From Octopus bimaculoides (lineage: Eukaryota): 61,789 bases of DNA. Below are positions 36,743 through 50,605 of the stretch, piece after piece (within the stretch, counting starts at the first letter, position 1; every line of letters starts with the position of its first letter). Made by a program: the position numbers and the translations under genes. The notes beneath the pieces are model-generated. The model was not told where the DNA came from. It was given only the letters and a program-made list of their open reading frames with translations, and ran no database searches. Where the stretch lies: the NCBI RefSeq assembly GCF_001194135.2, contig NC_068987.1, forward strand, positions 6,559,299-6,621,087, in the 5' to 3' direction.

Positions 36743-37053
36743 TTCAGTAGTTTTATTTTTATAACGTGCTTTCACTTCACTACCGAGTGCAGCTCTGTGC
36801 GCCTTGGGTATGTGCTGTGGTTTGCTGTGGTGCTCTTATGGTTACTGTATTGAAAGTGTTTTGCATAGGATGTGTGCAGTGCTCAGTAGTGCAATTTTCT
36901 GTATGTTATATATATTTGTAAGTCCTGGTGTTTTTGTTATGTATTTGTCTGAATATTTTTTTATTATACCTAAGGCACCTACTATGATAGGAATTGTTTC
37001 TGTTTTTAGATTCCACATTCGAGTTACCTCTATTTCCAGGTCTTTGTATTTTG

Positions 37054-37054
<1 letters not shown>
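36743..37054 (-). mobile_element. 5'-truncated R4/Dong-type (restriction-like endonuclease) non-LTR retrotransposon 3' end
   Basis: Minus frame 37051-36842 reads KYKDLEIEVTRMWNLKTETIPIIVGALGIIKK...IQKIALLSTAHILCKTLSIQ*, followed by a 3' UTR and a (TAA)n tail; flanked on both sides by (ATT)n. Confidence 0.82.
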
Positions 37055-37089
<35 letters not shown>

Positions 37090-37145
37090 GTTATTATTAT
37101 TGTTATTATTATTGTTATTATTATTATTGTTATTATTATCATTAT

Positions 37146-37650
37146 GGCGGTGAGCTGGCAGAATCGTTAGCATACTGGGTGTTGGACCTCATGAAGGCAA
37201 AATGGTTGAGTTCCTTTTGAGTGTTGGACCTCATGGAGGCAAAGTGGCTAAGTTCCTTTGAAGCACTGGGCCTCACGAAGTTGTTTGGTGGCATGCTGGC
37301 AGAAGTGTTGGGCCTCACGGAGGCAGAGTGGTTGAGTTCCTTTCGAGCGTTGGGCCTCACGGAGGCAATGACCGAGACCTTTGGCATTACGTTGTGCTTG
37401 AGAAGAAGACCCATCAAGCTGAGCAAAATTGCAGTTGTGGCAAATACTGGTGTCATGCAAATGGCACCCATGCTGGTGGTACGTAAAAGCACCCATTACA
37501 CTCTTGGAGTGGTTGGCATTAGGAAGTGCATCCAGTCATAGAAAACTGTGCCAAATCAGACTGGAGTCTGGTGCAGCTTACCAGCTCCGGTCAAATCGTC
37601 CAACCCATGCCAGCATGGACAACAGACGTTTTTTGATGATGATAATGAGG
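37146..37650 (+). mobile_element. chimeric SINE: family A head, 5 x 42-bp units, family C tail
   Basis: ggcggtgagctggcagaatcgttagc head, units starting at 37179/37221/37263/37305/37347, then the family C 3' end. Confidence 0.7.
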
Positions 37651-38159
37651 ATGACAGAAGCATACACACACACACATACATATGTACATACATATACACT
37701 ATATTATTTTATGCACACGTACATATATATTCATACACACACACTCATATATCTACATATATGTGTATATATGTGTATGGAAGCATGTAGCTTAGTGGTT
37801 AAGTCATAAGATCGTGGTTTTGATTCCTTGACTGGGCGATGCATCATGTTTGTGAGAAAAGCACTTCATTCCACATTCCTCCAGTAACCAATAAGTGAAA
37901 CATAACTAAACTTCTGTGTTTGAAGACATTAAAGATGCATGGGCTTAAGGATGCACTCTGATTTCAATTGCCCATATTCAGGAATAAGTTTTCAGTGTAT
38001 TAAAATAATAATAATGAAATTATTGTATACAGTGCTCAGGTGCACTACCATATTTCTGTTGAGATGCTCTGTGTTTCTTTTAATCAATTTAAAAATATAA
38101 CAAAGAATTTAGTAAAATAAACTAAGTTATCATTAAGCTAGTGTTAGGAACATGAATTG

Positions 38160-38185
38160 TGACAATGGTGATGATGGATGATGAC

Positions 38186-38229
<44 letters not shown>

Positions 38230-38277
38230 CGACGATGTTGAATATGATGATGATTATGATGGCGGTGTTGATGATGG

Positions 38278-38309
<32 letters not shown>

Positions 38310-38310
38310 T
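38160..38310 (+). repeat. (GAT)n microsatellite
   Basis: Direct reading. Many others occur, e.g. (AT)n 27270-27350 and 29596-29688, (TAG)n 46195-46270, (GAT)n 46350-46600, (AG)/(GATA)n 57780-57915, (CA)n 58833-58892, (CTAT)n 16226-16300. Confidence 0.95.
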
Positions 38311-38717
38311 CGCTGAAAACATCTCCCTAAAAGAAAGTAACTTTACAATAAATTGTGGGGACCCAAAGCTAAAAGGCTTGCAATAATCCTAAATAGATGC
38401 AGGAGGACAGTTGTGGGCAACTTGTCACACTTGGGGGGGGGGGGGAGTGCATGTGCTTTATAAACTTCCAGTTGCATGTGTAATATCATGATTTTATAAG
38501 CATAATAACTACTATTACTTTCATAATAGTCTTCAAGTCTGATTCTGTTAATCTTTAATCTTAGCAATTTCATTTCTTTCTCTCTCTCCCTCATTGACAC
38601 TTTGTCTTAAAAAAAATTTTCATGATATACAAAGTGTAATATACTTCATAGAGTAACTGCTGCATTTGTTGAGTATATAAATAGTTTGGCTGTTTGTTTC
38701 TCTGGGGACTGTTAGAA

Positions 38718-38779
38718 TGATGTGGACACCTCTGATGAGACCCCAATAAGGTACGAAAATCGATTAAGGTTGTACATCA
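38718..38779 (+). ncRNA. minimal type I hammerhead ribozyme with palindromic stem III
   Basis: ugaugu-gg-acaccu CUGAUGA gacc-ccaauaa-gguac GAAA AUCGAU U A aggu-ugu-acauca; extended stem I, AAUCGAUU palindrome. Confidence 0.8.
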
Positions 38780-40897
38780 ATTTTTCAGTCTGTGGAGAAA
38801 TGGCTAAAATTTGCCCTGTTTATAATTACACCACGTTATATATATAGTGCACTCTCTACAACTGTATAGTGCTTGCTAAATCATTGCTTTAGTGATGTGG
38901 CCTAATTTATGATAAATGGCACTCTGTTAGTTATGATGAGGGCTCATTGAGAGTCAGTGCGACACAATGTAACAAGGCTGGCCCTTTGTAAGAGAGTTAC
39001 TCCTCATTTTTGCCTGCTGAGCCACATGAAATAGAGTGTCTTGCTTAAGGATACAACACACTGCCAAGAATTGAACTTGTGACTTTACAAATATGAGCTG
39101 AGTACCCTAACCACTGAGTCACATGCCTTCACAATTTATGATGGGGATATCTCATAAGACTTGTGAGAAAAAGGTTTTTTTATGATTGAAACAAACTTAG
39201 AGTAAAGACATGTCAGTGATGAGGTCTTAAATGGTGACAAAAGAATTTTGACAAACCTAGCTGCTTGATTGATTGACTGAATGATTAATCAAACTATCAA
39301 TTAGTTAATTGGTTAGTTGATTAGTTAATGAACTGACTAATAATAACAATATAAAAGAAGTGAAATAGAACCAGTGCATGTGTTTATTATTGGCATATTG
39401 ACCCTCCCAAGCTACAGCAAGATACAAATAGATATGTTACCAAAAATACCCAAATTGTATGAGATATGAATATAAAATTAGCACTAATAGGCACCATACA
39501 CTTATTACAAGAGACACAATGTGTAAGCACTGAAGAAATGGCAACGTTAAAGCACGACTGATTTTATATACACCTGCAATGCCTGGTACATAATAACTGG
39601 TTGGATAATAGAGCAGATGCTTGCAATATAATGAAGTATCAAATACTCACTATTAATGATAATAATAACAATAATAATACCAGCATTAACAACGACTGGA
39701 ACTATTTCTAGAACCATCATTAGTATTGGAATTATTATCCCTTTTAATTGAATCATTATCAAGCATTGTTTGAGGTGGATCTTACCAATGTTTGGCCCTT
39801 ATATCATTATATCAAAGTGGCTGTTTACATACATGCAATACATACATGCATACACACACATGATGTATATCTATATCTATATCTATATATATGTATATAT
39901 ATATNNNNNNNNNNNNNNNNNNNNNNNNNNNNNNNNNNNNNNNNNNNNNNNNNNNNNNNNNNNNNNNNNNNNNNNNNNNNNNNNNNNNNNNNNNNNNNNN
40001 NNNNNNNNNNNNNNNNNNNNNNNNNNNNNNNNNNNNNNNNNNNNNNNNNNNNNNNNNNNNNNNNNNNNNNNNNNNNNNNNNNNNNNNNNNNNNNNNNNNN
40101 NNNNNNNNNNNNNNNNNNNNNNNNNNNNNNNNNNNNNNNNNNNNNNNNNNNNNNNNNNNNNNNNNNNNNNNNNNNNNNNNNNNNNNNNNNNNNNNNNNNN
40201 NNNNNNNNNNNNNNNNNNNNNNNNNNNNNNNNNNNNNNNNNNNNNNNNNNNNNNNNNNNNNNNNNNNNNNNNNNNNNNNNNNNTTTTTATATATATATCA
40301 CTTTGGAAAAGCTATGAACATCACAACTAACAGTTTCCCTTTCTCTCTTGAAAAACAAAAGAAAAAAAAGAAAAAGAAAAGAATCTTGTTTTGATACCTT
40401 GTAGATATTTTTCACATTTTTTTTTTTTATATATATATCACTTTGGAAAAGCTATGAACATCACAACTAACAGTTTCCCTTTCTCTCTTGAAAAACAAAA
40501 GAAAAAAAAGAAAAAGAATTAATCACCTATGGATGGCACCTTCTGATTACAAGAATGTCAAACAGTTGGCATCGTTTGTCACATCTACATGAAATAAATG
40601 GAATAACAAACGTATTGATAATATTGACTGGTGTGGGAAGAAATGATTGGTTAACAGGTTATCTTTGTTGTTTAGCCACAGGTCAACCTTGATTGAGAAA
40701 ACCTAGGATCAGAAGCTTTTCACCTGTCACCATCATACTTGAATATATTTCAATGTCTTTATTTATTTATTTATTTATTTATAATGTTTATATATATATG
40801 TATATATACATATATATATACATATATTTATATACCTATATACCTATATATGTGTGTGTGTATGTAAATATATATTATATATTATATATATATATGA

Positions 40898-40958
<61 letters not shown>

Positions 40959-41840
40959 TAATATATTTACATTTACACACACATATACGCATTTGCATAT
41001 ACACACACACACATACACACATGTATGGGTGTATGTGTATATACATATATATGTATATATATATAGTTTTACACGCACACATACATAGATGTGTGTGTGT
41101 TTGTATTCAATTATATATATATTCTTGAATGGACATTAAAGTGCAAAAAAATTAAGCAAACTGCTATGGTATCCCCACTGACCTTGCCATCATTGGACTT
41201 CATACCCAGGTGAAAGACTGTAGAACATTCTCCAGATATGGTGTGGTTAAATGACTCGTAACAAACAAAATTGCCCCCCCTTATTCCAATGCTTCATTCA
41301 ACATTTCAGTTTTGAAGAAAAAACAACAAAATAATACCAAAAAAAAAATAACAAACAAAATAAAAATCCCAAAAGAAAAACAAAAAAGTAAGCAAAATTA
41401 GAAACAAAAAAATTGTTCTATAAAAAGACAAAAAATTTTAAAAAGAGACAAAAAGATAAAAAGAAACCATTGAAATATAAAAAGTAGAAAAGAAATTGAT
41501 AACATTAATTAAAAAAAAAAAATCAAATTTCAGAAACTTTTTTGAATTCACTGTCTGTGGAAGCAGGACATGAAATATTAAAAAGAAAAAAAAATCAATT
41601 CTTTTGATTATTATTATTATTATTATTCAGAACTTTATGGCATTATGTTTTTTTTCTTTTCTTTGCAGTGTTTTATTTTCATGTTTATTGTTTGACTGTT
41701 TTAACATCTTATAATCTTTGTTGATTGTTTATTATAAATTGATAATTTCTGTACATTTTATTTTATTTTTTTTTGAAAGTGTTTTTTATAGGAACCAAAC
41801 AACAAGAGTAGTAATGATCGTTATGTGATGGGTGAGTAGT

Positions 41841-42072
41841 TTAACTCGTTAGCATTCAAATTATTCTGTCAAATGCAATGCTTATTATTTATTCACATTG
41901 TTTTGAATTAATCATGCAATTATCTCATGGCTTTGAGATTTCAACGATGTGATTGTTTATTCTTTTGAATGACATTGTAGGGTAGGCGTGAGAGGCCAGA
42001 TCTGATTGGTTTGAACAAAAACATGTAGAAGAATTCAGCCAGCTATGACTGGTTTAAATGCTAAAGAGTTAA
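41841..42072. mobile_element. TTAA-flanked MITE (piggyBac-like termini)
   Basis: TTAA-ctcgttagcatt ... aatgctaaagag-TTAA; terminal inverted repeat with 1 mismatch in 16 nt; homologous copies at 8100-8314 (inverted) and 56376-56584. Confidence 0.72.
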
Positions 42073-42690
42073 GGTTGCTGAGATATTTTGCCCCTTTATC
42101 TTTAGTTCGAACCAATTTAATGCAAAGTTCTGTATTCCTTTAAAAGATAAGCAAGATAGCATTGATAACATATGATATCTAATACAATATTCTTCCAGTA
42201 TAATACAAACAAGCACAATAGTCACTACTCACAACAGGTATTTAGTACTCACAATTAATTTTGTATTTGTAGGTATTTAGTATACATGGTTATATTATCT
42301 TCATAAATATTTGGTATATATGCATGTGTAGGTTACTTGGTGCAATTAGGCCAATGTACGCTTCATGCCTATATCAAGGGCATTAATATTATATTGGAGC
42401 TGATCTTGCATTCATTCGGAATCAAAATTGGTTTGGGTTAGTTTGGAATTGTTTTCAGTTTAACTATTGTTTTTTTTTTATTGTAATTGTAATTGGTATA
42501 TATATTAATAATAATACATTGATGGTATGTTGAGTAAAGTTGATATCAATTAAACTGGAAAGAACACTAATGTTTATAATAAAGAATAAAATGTTTCGAA
42601 TGGTACAACAATGGGCTATATACCTGTTGTAATTTAACCATCCATAGTCTGGAAATATTTCGGAATAGCGACTCCATCAATTCCTAGGGA

Positions 42691-42728
42691 TTTCTGAAGA
42701 AGGAATTGTATTCCGAAATATTATCAGA
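42691..42728 (+). ncRNA. hammerhead ribozyme motif inside a long fold-back
   Basis: uuu CUGAAGA a ggaau-ugu-auucc GAAA uauua U C aga; one extra A after A9, weak 3-bp stem I. Confidence 0.65.
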
Positions 42729-42879
42729 CTATGGATGGTTAAATTACAACAGGTATATAGCCTATTGTTTGTGTTATAGTGCATTGTTGTACCATTTGAA
42801 ACATTCTATTCTTTACAAACAATACACAATGCTTCAAGCGAACTACAATACTCTCATAATGTTTATAATATACATACAT

Positions 42880-42914
<35 letters not shown>

Positions 42915-43191
42915 GTTGATGTCGTAAGAATCATTTCATGTTATGAAGTTTCTAATGACATCAACAATATACAATTTGCACTGGCAAGAATATAGTTTCT
43001 TAAATGGATGGAGAAACTTGAATGAATTCTTTAGTCCAATGGTACAATGCCTGTCATGTTTACAGGAGATATGGGTTCAAATCCCTTGGGCATCCTTTAA
43101 CTTTTTCTATCCACTGGGTTTTTTTAAACCCAATATTTATACACTTTTATTTATAACTTCTCTGTTGAGATCCACTGTTCCAAAACTGAAC

Positions 43192-43223
<32 letters not shown>

Positions 43224-45230
43224 AGCACACATATATTGATTAATTATAATCTAAACAGTATTTATTTTCTGTTAGTATAGAATACATAAACCTTTTCTTG
43301 TAACACACCAGCCATCACTGTATGTGACAATTGTAAACAAATACCTTTTTTTAGTTTCCACACAAAAACTGATGTACTTGACTGGTTTCAAATCTCATTT
43401 GATTCTCACCAGAGAAAAAATATCATTTGATCTGTTCAGAGAGAGAAGTATATCTAATAGCTATATATAGTCACTAACTGTAGTGAATTTGTTCAACAGA
43501 TTACATTGATTTGTATAAAAAGTGTGATGATTGTTGATTTATTCATATTGTTTAATTCTTTTTGCAGTAAACATAGTTTATTCTCTGCTATATCTATTGT
43601 GCAGCACCAGAGAAAACTATTCACAACACACTGGAGCTGTCATAGTATTGTAATAACATTGTAAACAATACAGCAAGCCCAGTATTGCGGTAGTAAAATA
43701 AATCATTTTTATTCAATTATATTACAATATATTAATTTAAGTCATAATTAACCCTTTCACAAATCATAAGAGTGATTAGCTCCAGTTTTCACCATTTTAT
43801 GTAGATGGAAAAACATCTCTTAATTACTCTTTGTAGCTTTCTTTCATAAGATCTGATATTTATTCTCTGTCTAGATAAACTGATAAAACTGATAAATTAT
43901 CTTCAGAGAAAGAAAAAGTCAGTTCTTAGTCTTAGACCCTGTAGTATCAAATTCCTTTTTGATTGGATGCAAGTTAATTACAATTAATACTCCAAGAGAG
44001 AAGAACTAGCCTACTATTACCAGTTGTTTGGTGAACTGAAGATTGTTCAGGGTAGTTTTTTCCAAAAAAATGAAAGAACCTTCAGTGCAATATGAGAAAA
44101 CTATGCTTGTGTTGTGTTATGTACACACAACTTTATTCACTTACTCATTATATCTTTATTCACTATTCTAGCAGTCTATATACTTTGAGCATTTCTCTGA
44201 AATACAACTGTTATGGATGGCCATATATCCAGCAGTAGAGGAAAGTAAAATTAGTGCTTTGCCTTTCATCTTTTCGAAAAAAAAGTGCCAATTGAGCACC
44301 GGGGTCAATATAATTGACTCCCTTCTTCCTTTGAAAATTACTGGCCTTATGCCAAAACTGGGAAGAATTATTCCTGTTCAAATACAGCAGTAAACAACTA
44401 GATGGTCATGGTGGGGTTAAAGCCAAATGTGGTAGAGTAGAGAGATAATAAAGCCACCACATCAACAACATCCACTAAAGACAACATAAACAATAAAGAA
44501 ATAAAAAATCCCAAAACAAAAGAAAAACATCAATATGAAGCGAAAATGATAGTGATAGTAGTGCTGGTGATGCTGATGATAATGGACATGTTAATGAGTT
44601 CTTGGAATGGAAAATGTTATTGGATTCTTTTTTATCTATTTATCAAGCTTATTCTTTAAAAAATAATATTGTATAAAACACATGAATTCACATCAAGTAT
44701 TTTGCAAACCTAAAACAAAAACGAAATATGGTGTAAGATTTTATTGAAGTTTTTGGTAATTTTTTTCGATTATATACAAATTCTTCCACTGCAGAATCAC
44801 ACATATAAATTCAAAGACAAGCATACATAACGTAAGTTTTATACACATAAGAATTCCCTCACCTACATATGTGTACATGCATGCAAACATTCACAAACAC
44901 GTATGCACACACATGCACATTATATATATATATAAACACACATACACACAAGCTGTTGTATCTATAAAACTAATTTCATTTCATTACACACATCTACACT
45001 GATACTTGTGAATACACCGCTAATTGCTACATTGAGGCACACGCATTTGACACCCAAATGGACACGATCACACACACATGCATACATACATGCAAGTACA
45101 CATACATTCAAAGATACAGATATGTATATGAAAACATATGCATACAATGGATATTTATACACGATTATACACACTTGAAACCATCTAATATTCATATACA
45201 TATTTATATGTTTATCTCTCTCTTTCTCTT

Positions 45231-45261
<31 letters not shown>

Positions 45262-46206
45262 ATTAAGATATAAACTCAAATTAGGCAATCAAACTTTTTA
45301 CATGTACTCATACTGTTAGAAATTCGACTTAAAATGAGTATATATGTATATATATTAATACATATCAACATATATGAATATTTTTAAATATATTTTAAAA
45401 AATATAAATATATATAAATATACATAAAAATACATGTAAATAAAACCTATGTAGGATATATATGTAAAGACGCATGAGAAAAAGAACTGATGACTTTTTT
45501 TCATACTAATATTAAGAGTGGTTAAGNNNNNNNNNNNNNNNNNNNNNNNNNNNNNNNNNNNNNNNNNNNNNNNNNNNNNNNNNNNNNNNNNNNNNNNNNN
45601 NNNNNNNNNNNNNNNNNNNNNNNNNNNNNNNNNNNNNNNNNNNNNNNNNNNNNNNNNNNNNNNNNNNNNNNNNNNNNNNNNNNNNNNNNNNNNNNNNNNN
45701 NNNNNNNNNNNNNNNNNNNNNNNNNNNNNNNNNNNNNNNNNNNNNNNNNNNNNNNNNNNNNNNNNNNNNNNNNNNNNNNNNNNNNNNNNNNNNNNNNNNN
45801 NNNNNNNNNNNNNNNNNNNNNNNNNNNNNNNNNNNNNNNNNNNNNNNNNNNNNNNNNNNNNNNNNNNNNNNNNNNNNNNNNNNNNNNNNNNNNNNNNNNN
45901 NNNNNNNNNNNNNNNNNNNNNNNNNNNNNNNNNNNNNNNNNNNNNNNNNNNNNNNNNNNNNNNNNNNNNNNNNNNNNNNNNNNNNNNNNNNNNNNNNNNN
46001 NNNNNNNNNNNNNNNNNNNNNNNNNNNNNNNNNNNNNNNNNNNNNNNNNNNNNNNNNNNNNNNNNNNNNNNNNNNNNNNNNNNNNNNNNNNNNNNNNNNN
46101 NNNNNNNNNNNNNNNNNNNNNNNNNNNNNNAAAATGAAATAAAGAAACCTCTAAGAGGTGACAGCTTTTCATTTTCTCATTAGAGAAACCATAAGTAGAA
46201 GTAGTG

Positions 46207-46244
<38 letters not shown>

Positions 46245-46754
46245 TGTTGTAGTAGTAGTTGTTGTAGTAGCATAACTATTAAAGCAACAACAGCAATAAT
46301 ACTTGTTGCCGTTTTGGACCATTTATGGGCAATAAAATGAAGACAATGTTGGTGTTGATGATGATGATGAAGATAACAGATGAAGATGAGGATGATAATG
46401 ACGGGGATGATGATGTTTGTGATGATGATAATGATATTCGATGATGGTGATGACGATGATTCCGATGAAAGTGACAATGACTATGATGATGGTGATGATG
46501 ATGATGATGATGATGATGGCGATGACGATGACGACGATGATGGGGAATGATGGTGGGGATGATGGTGGCGATGATGATGGGGATGATGATGATAAGGATA
46601 AGAAAAATCCCGCAAAGATTGTAAAAGTGATATTGTATGTTTATTGCTTCCTTTTGTACACAGACTTAGATTTTCGTTCTTTTGCAAAAATTCCACACAT
46701 GTCTTACATAACTATATGAAAAACCAACAAAATCCAGATAAAAGATATACATAT

Positions 46755-46789
<35 letters not shown>

Positions 46790-46985
46790 NNNNNNNNNNN
46801 NNNATATATATATGTATGGTATTATATTTCTCCTCTTGGTTATGATTAAATGACTGCTGTAGATATATATAATATACATAACATAATGCACAGAACTAAA
46901 TCATTATCATTTATATCTACAGACATGATGTTTGATTGGTCACCTGATCATTGTTGAAACAATTGTAAACCATGGAATAAATGTA

Positions 46986-47044
<59 letters not shown>

Positions 47045-47667
47045 CTATATATATGTATGTATATATATGTATGTGTGTGTGTATATACATATGTATATAT
47101 GTGTACATATATACATGCCTATATGTACCATAATAGAAGTATCTTATATTTATAGACATATAGAAGACTCATATGAATGAGTGGTTGACTAGTAGACTAA
47201 ATCCGTTACCTGAATAATACCGCAATTTTGCCTGTGGGCTCCTTTGATTAAGTTTGGTCTACTTCCGGCATTTGAACCATGATAGCAGTTCCTAACACAC
47301 GTTTTTGGAAGCTTGAGAAAGAGTCATGGCTCTCTTTGTTCCCTGACCAAATCATGTATAAAAGAATAACAAAATTTAAAATGGAAGCAATTTCATCTCA
47401 CATTAAAATGTGTCTTTAGATCATAGTTTAGAATTTATATAATTATGCTAAAATAACGACTGTAAATTTAATGATAGATATAGTAAAAAGGAGAACGTTT
47501 GTCCATTTAGTTTATCCATAGAAGCATTAGAAGTAGAAATTGATCTGATTTACTAAGGATCTAATTTTCTTTACTTGCCATAAAAATAGTAGTTGTTTGA
47601 AGGTATAGAATTGATAGAGGGAAAAATATACTCTATAGTTGCTAATATATATATATATGCATATTTT

Positions 47668-47699
<32 letters not shown>

Positions 47700-47721
47700 C
47701 GTACGTATGTATGTATGTATA

Positions 47722-47774
<53 letters not shown>

Positions 47775-48165
47775 GTATGTATGTATATATCATGTGTTCA
47801 CTTTGTTGTTTTAAAGCTGTTCCAAATTTTCCCTTTTGTAGAACACAGTTATACACATACAGACACACACACACACACACACACAAATATGTATANNNNN
47901 NNNNNNNNNNNNNNNNNNNNNNNNNNNNNNNNNNNNNNNNNNNNNNNNNNNNNNNNNNNNNNNNNNNNNNNNNNNNNNNNNNNNNNNNNNNNNNNNNNNN
48001 NNNNNNNNNNNNNNNNNNNNNNNNNNNNNNNNNNNNNNNNNNNNNNNNNNNNNNNNNNNNNNNNNNNNNNNNNNNNNNNNNNNNNNNNNNNNNNNNNNNN
48101 NNNNNNNNNNNNNNNNNNNNNNNNNNNNNNNNNNNNNNNNNNNNNNNNNNNNNNNNNNNNNNNTA

Positions 48166-48207
<42 letters not shown>

Positions 48208-49176
48208 CATATAAACATATATATATATGTGTGTGCACATGTGTGTGTGTTTATGTATGTATATGTATATATCATGTATTTAAAACTAATTACTTAAAAA
48301 TAATCAAATCATACTATTTTGATTTTTAATGAAAGTCTATATTATGCAATGCACACTGCATCCTCCTAACCATATATGGTCTTGCTCACTCTAACATATA
48401 CACACACATACACACTCACATTTATATGCACATGCTGACACACACACACACACACCACAATACATTGCAAGCATATCTCACCATCCACCCTATTTTAAAG
48501 ATTTGATTGTAACACACTTTCCTTACTGTAGTTTTCAAAAATATCGGTTTTTTGTATCAAAATGTGTTTCACATTCATGTTGATGTCTTTACTGCCTGTC
48601 TGTTTACTTGGTTTTCTTGTTTATGTTGTTGCCATTAATAAATTCTAATGTTTTGTAATTGTCAGTTAAAAATCTGACTGCTGCCAACATTATTGACCAT
48701 AAGAGCACTCAAAACAAGTTTCTATAGCAAATCATAGAGGTTGTTGACATTTTCTTCCATTATATTTCAGTTTACGTCAAAGTCCTTTCTTCTTAGCTTA
48801 ATGGTTGATCAAGACTGTTGAATGTAATATTCTTTTTTTGTTCAGACAATCTTTTCTTTTTTTGGCGGTGAAGGTCACGAAATTTTTTCTAAGCATCGAG
48901 TGCTCTTGTTTGTTATTTAAATGTTTATCTTTTTTTATCTTTTACCCAGCAATACTGGGGCACTATCTTGAAAAATTTTAGTTGAATAAATTGAGCCAAA
49001 TACTTTTAATATCTGGTGCTTATTTTATCAGTCTCTTTTGTTGATCTGTTCAGTTATGGGGACATAAACAAACCACCAGCAAGGGGACAAAAACAAAGAC
49101 ACATACACATACAAACATACATATATACACAAACAGACATATATATGCACACACACACACACACACACACACATAC

Positions 49177-49226
<50 letters not shown>

Positions 49227-49289
49227 GCATACTCATATATACATATGTATTTATATGTATATGTATGCATATAAATACACACACATATG

Positions 49290-49365
<76 letters not shown>

Positions 49366-50463
49366 TATATGCATATATGATGGGCTTCCACACAGTTTCC
49401 ACCTGCCAAATCCACCCACGACTTATTTGTTAAACCAGAGCTACTGTAGAAAACACTTGCCCAAGGGGCTGCACAGTGTAACTGAACCTGAAATCATGTA
49501 GGTTTTCAACCATGCAGGTATACTTGCTACATGTAACAAGTTTAGCCACACAGTTACACTAATTCCTAGTGGCCATTCCTTTGCTTCGAGGCTGGAGACA
49601 TTCCCAATGCTTGGAAATTTTCTTACTTCTTGGAACCTATTTCTGGCGAGGTTGACTGGGTATTTTCTCTTTTGGCAGTTAAGTGCAAAGCACACATAGA
49701 GTGTAGTGGACTAGACAAGTTGCTCATTGTGCCATATACTCATATCTGGCACCTTGCAACCATGAATATGGTTCATAATGCCACAAGCAGTCAGATTTTG
49801 TAATAGCAATTCCAAAATTTAATTCACGCACATGAATACACACACACGACTTTGTTTTCTTAAAACCCATGCTCTCTCTTGCTGGGCAGTGTGCTGTAAT
49901 GGAGAGTGATAAGCTACAAAAATACTTGGGCATTTACTAAACGACTTCCAAAGTTACACATATAAATACACACATACATACGTACATACATACATATGCA
50001 TATATAAATATATATGTGTGTGTGTGTATGCCTATATATATAATTTGCAAACAAAGCTGCAATCATATGTTTAAGAATACTTTTAATGCTATTGGAAAAT
50101 AAATACCTGTGGTTAGGCTATAGGTGTTTTTAGTAGCAAGGAGAAAATTAAACAAGCTGACCATTTGATTAGATTAGGCTGTTGTCAAAGCCATTGTCAG
50201 GAGTTTGTTATTTTTTTTCTGGTTGCTGAGCGAACAAAAAGAATACTACCTTATGAAGAATGAATAACGTGAACATGGTAAATCTATGCCCAGTCTTAAT
50301 TACATAGTGATGCAACTGACTGAGTGTATATATGTGTATACATCTAGATATATATTGTTTCATGTATAAACCCTAGAGTTTACCTTATTAAACTCATTCA
50401 ATATGTGTTTTTTGAATGACACCTGAAGAATTAATAGCTGTAACTATTATCACATAATATTTC

Positions 50464-50504
50464 AAGATTGATGAGATAGAATTCAGATGAAACAGTTGTA
50501 AACT
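50464..50504 (+). ncRNA. degenerate hammerhead-like motif
   Basis: UUGAUGA gauagaauucagau GAAA CAGUUG U A; resembles the CAGCUG family but core and stems are eroded. Confidence 0.4.
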
Positions 50505-50562
50505 GATGTATTAAAAAGTTGCTCATTCCATTTTACTTGTTTGTAAATATACATACATACAT

Positions 50563-50605
<43 letters not shown>

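Noticed and set aside
40284-40519. About 95-bp duplication with 139-bp period
   Set aside because: It starts exactly at a gap edge and is likely mis-assembly; it cannot be trusted without long reads
39540-41290. Exon-like minus-strand segments at 39.6-39.8, 40.5-40.6 and 41.2 kb
   Set aside because: Stops in all joinable frames or weak acceptors; not supportable as a gene
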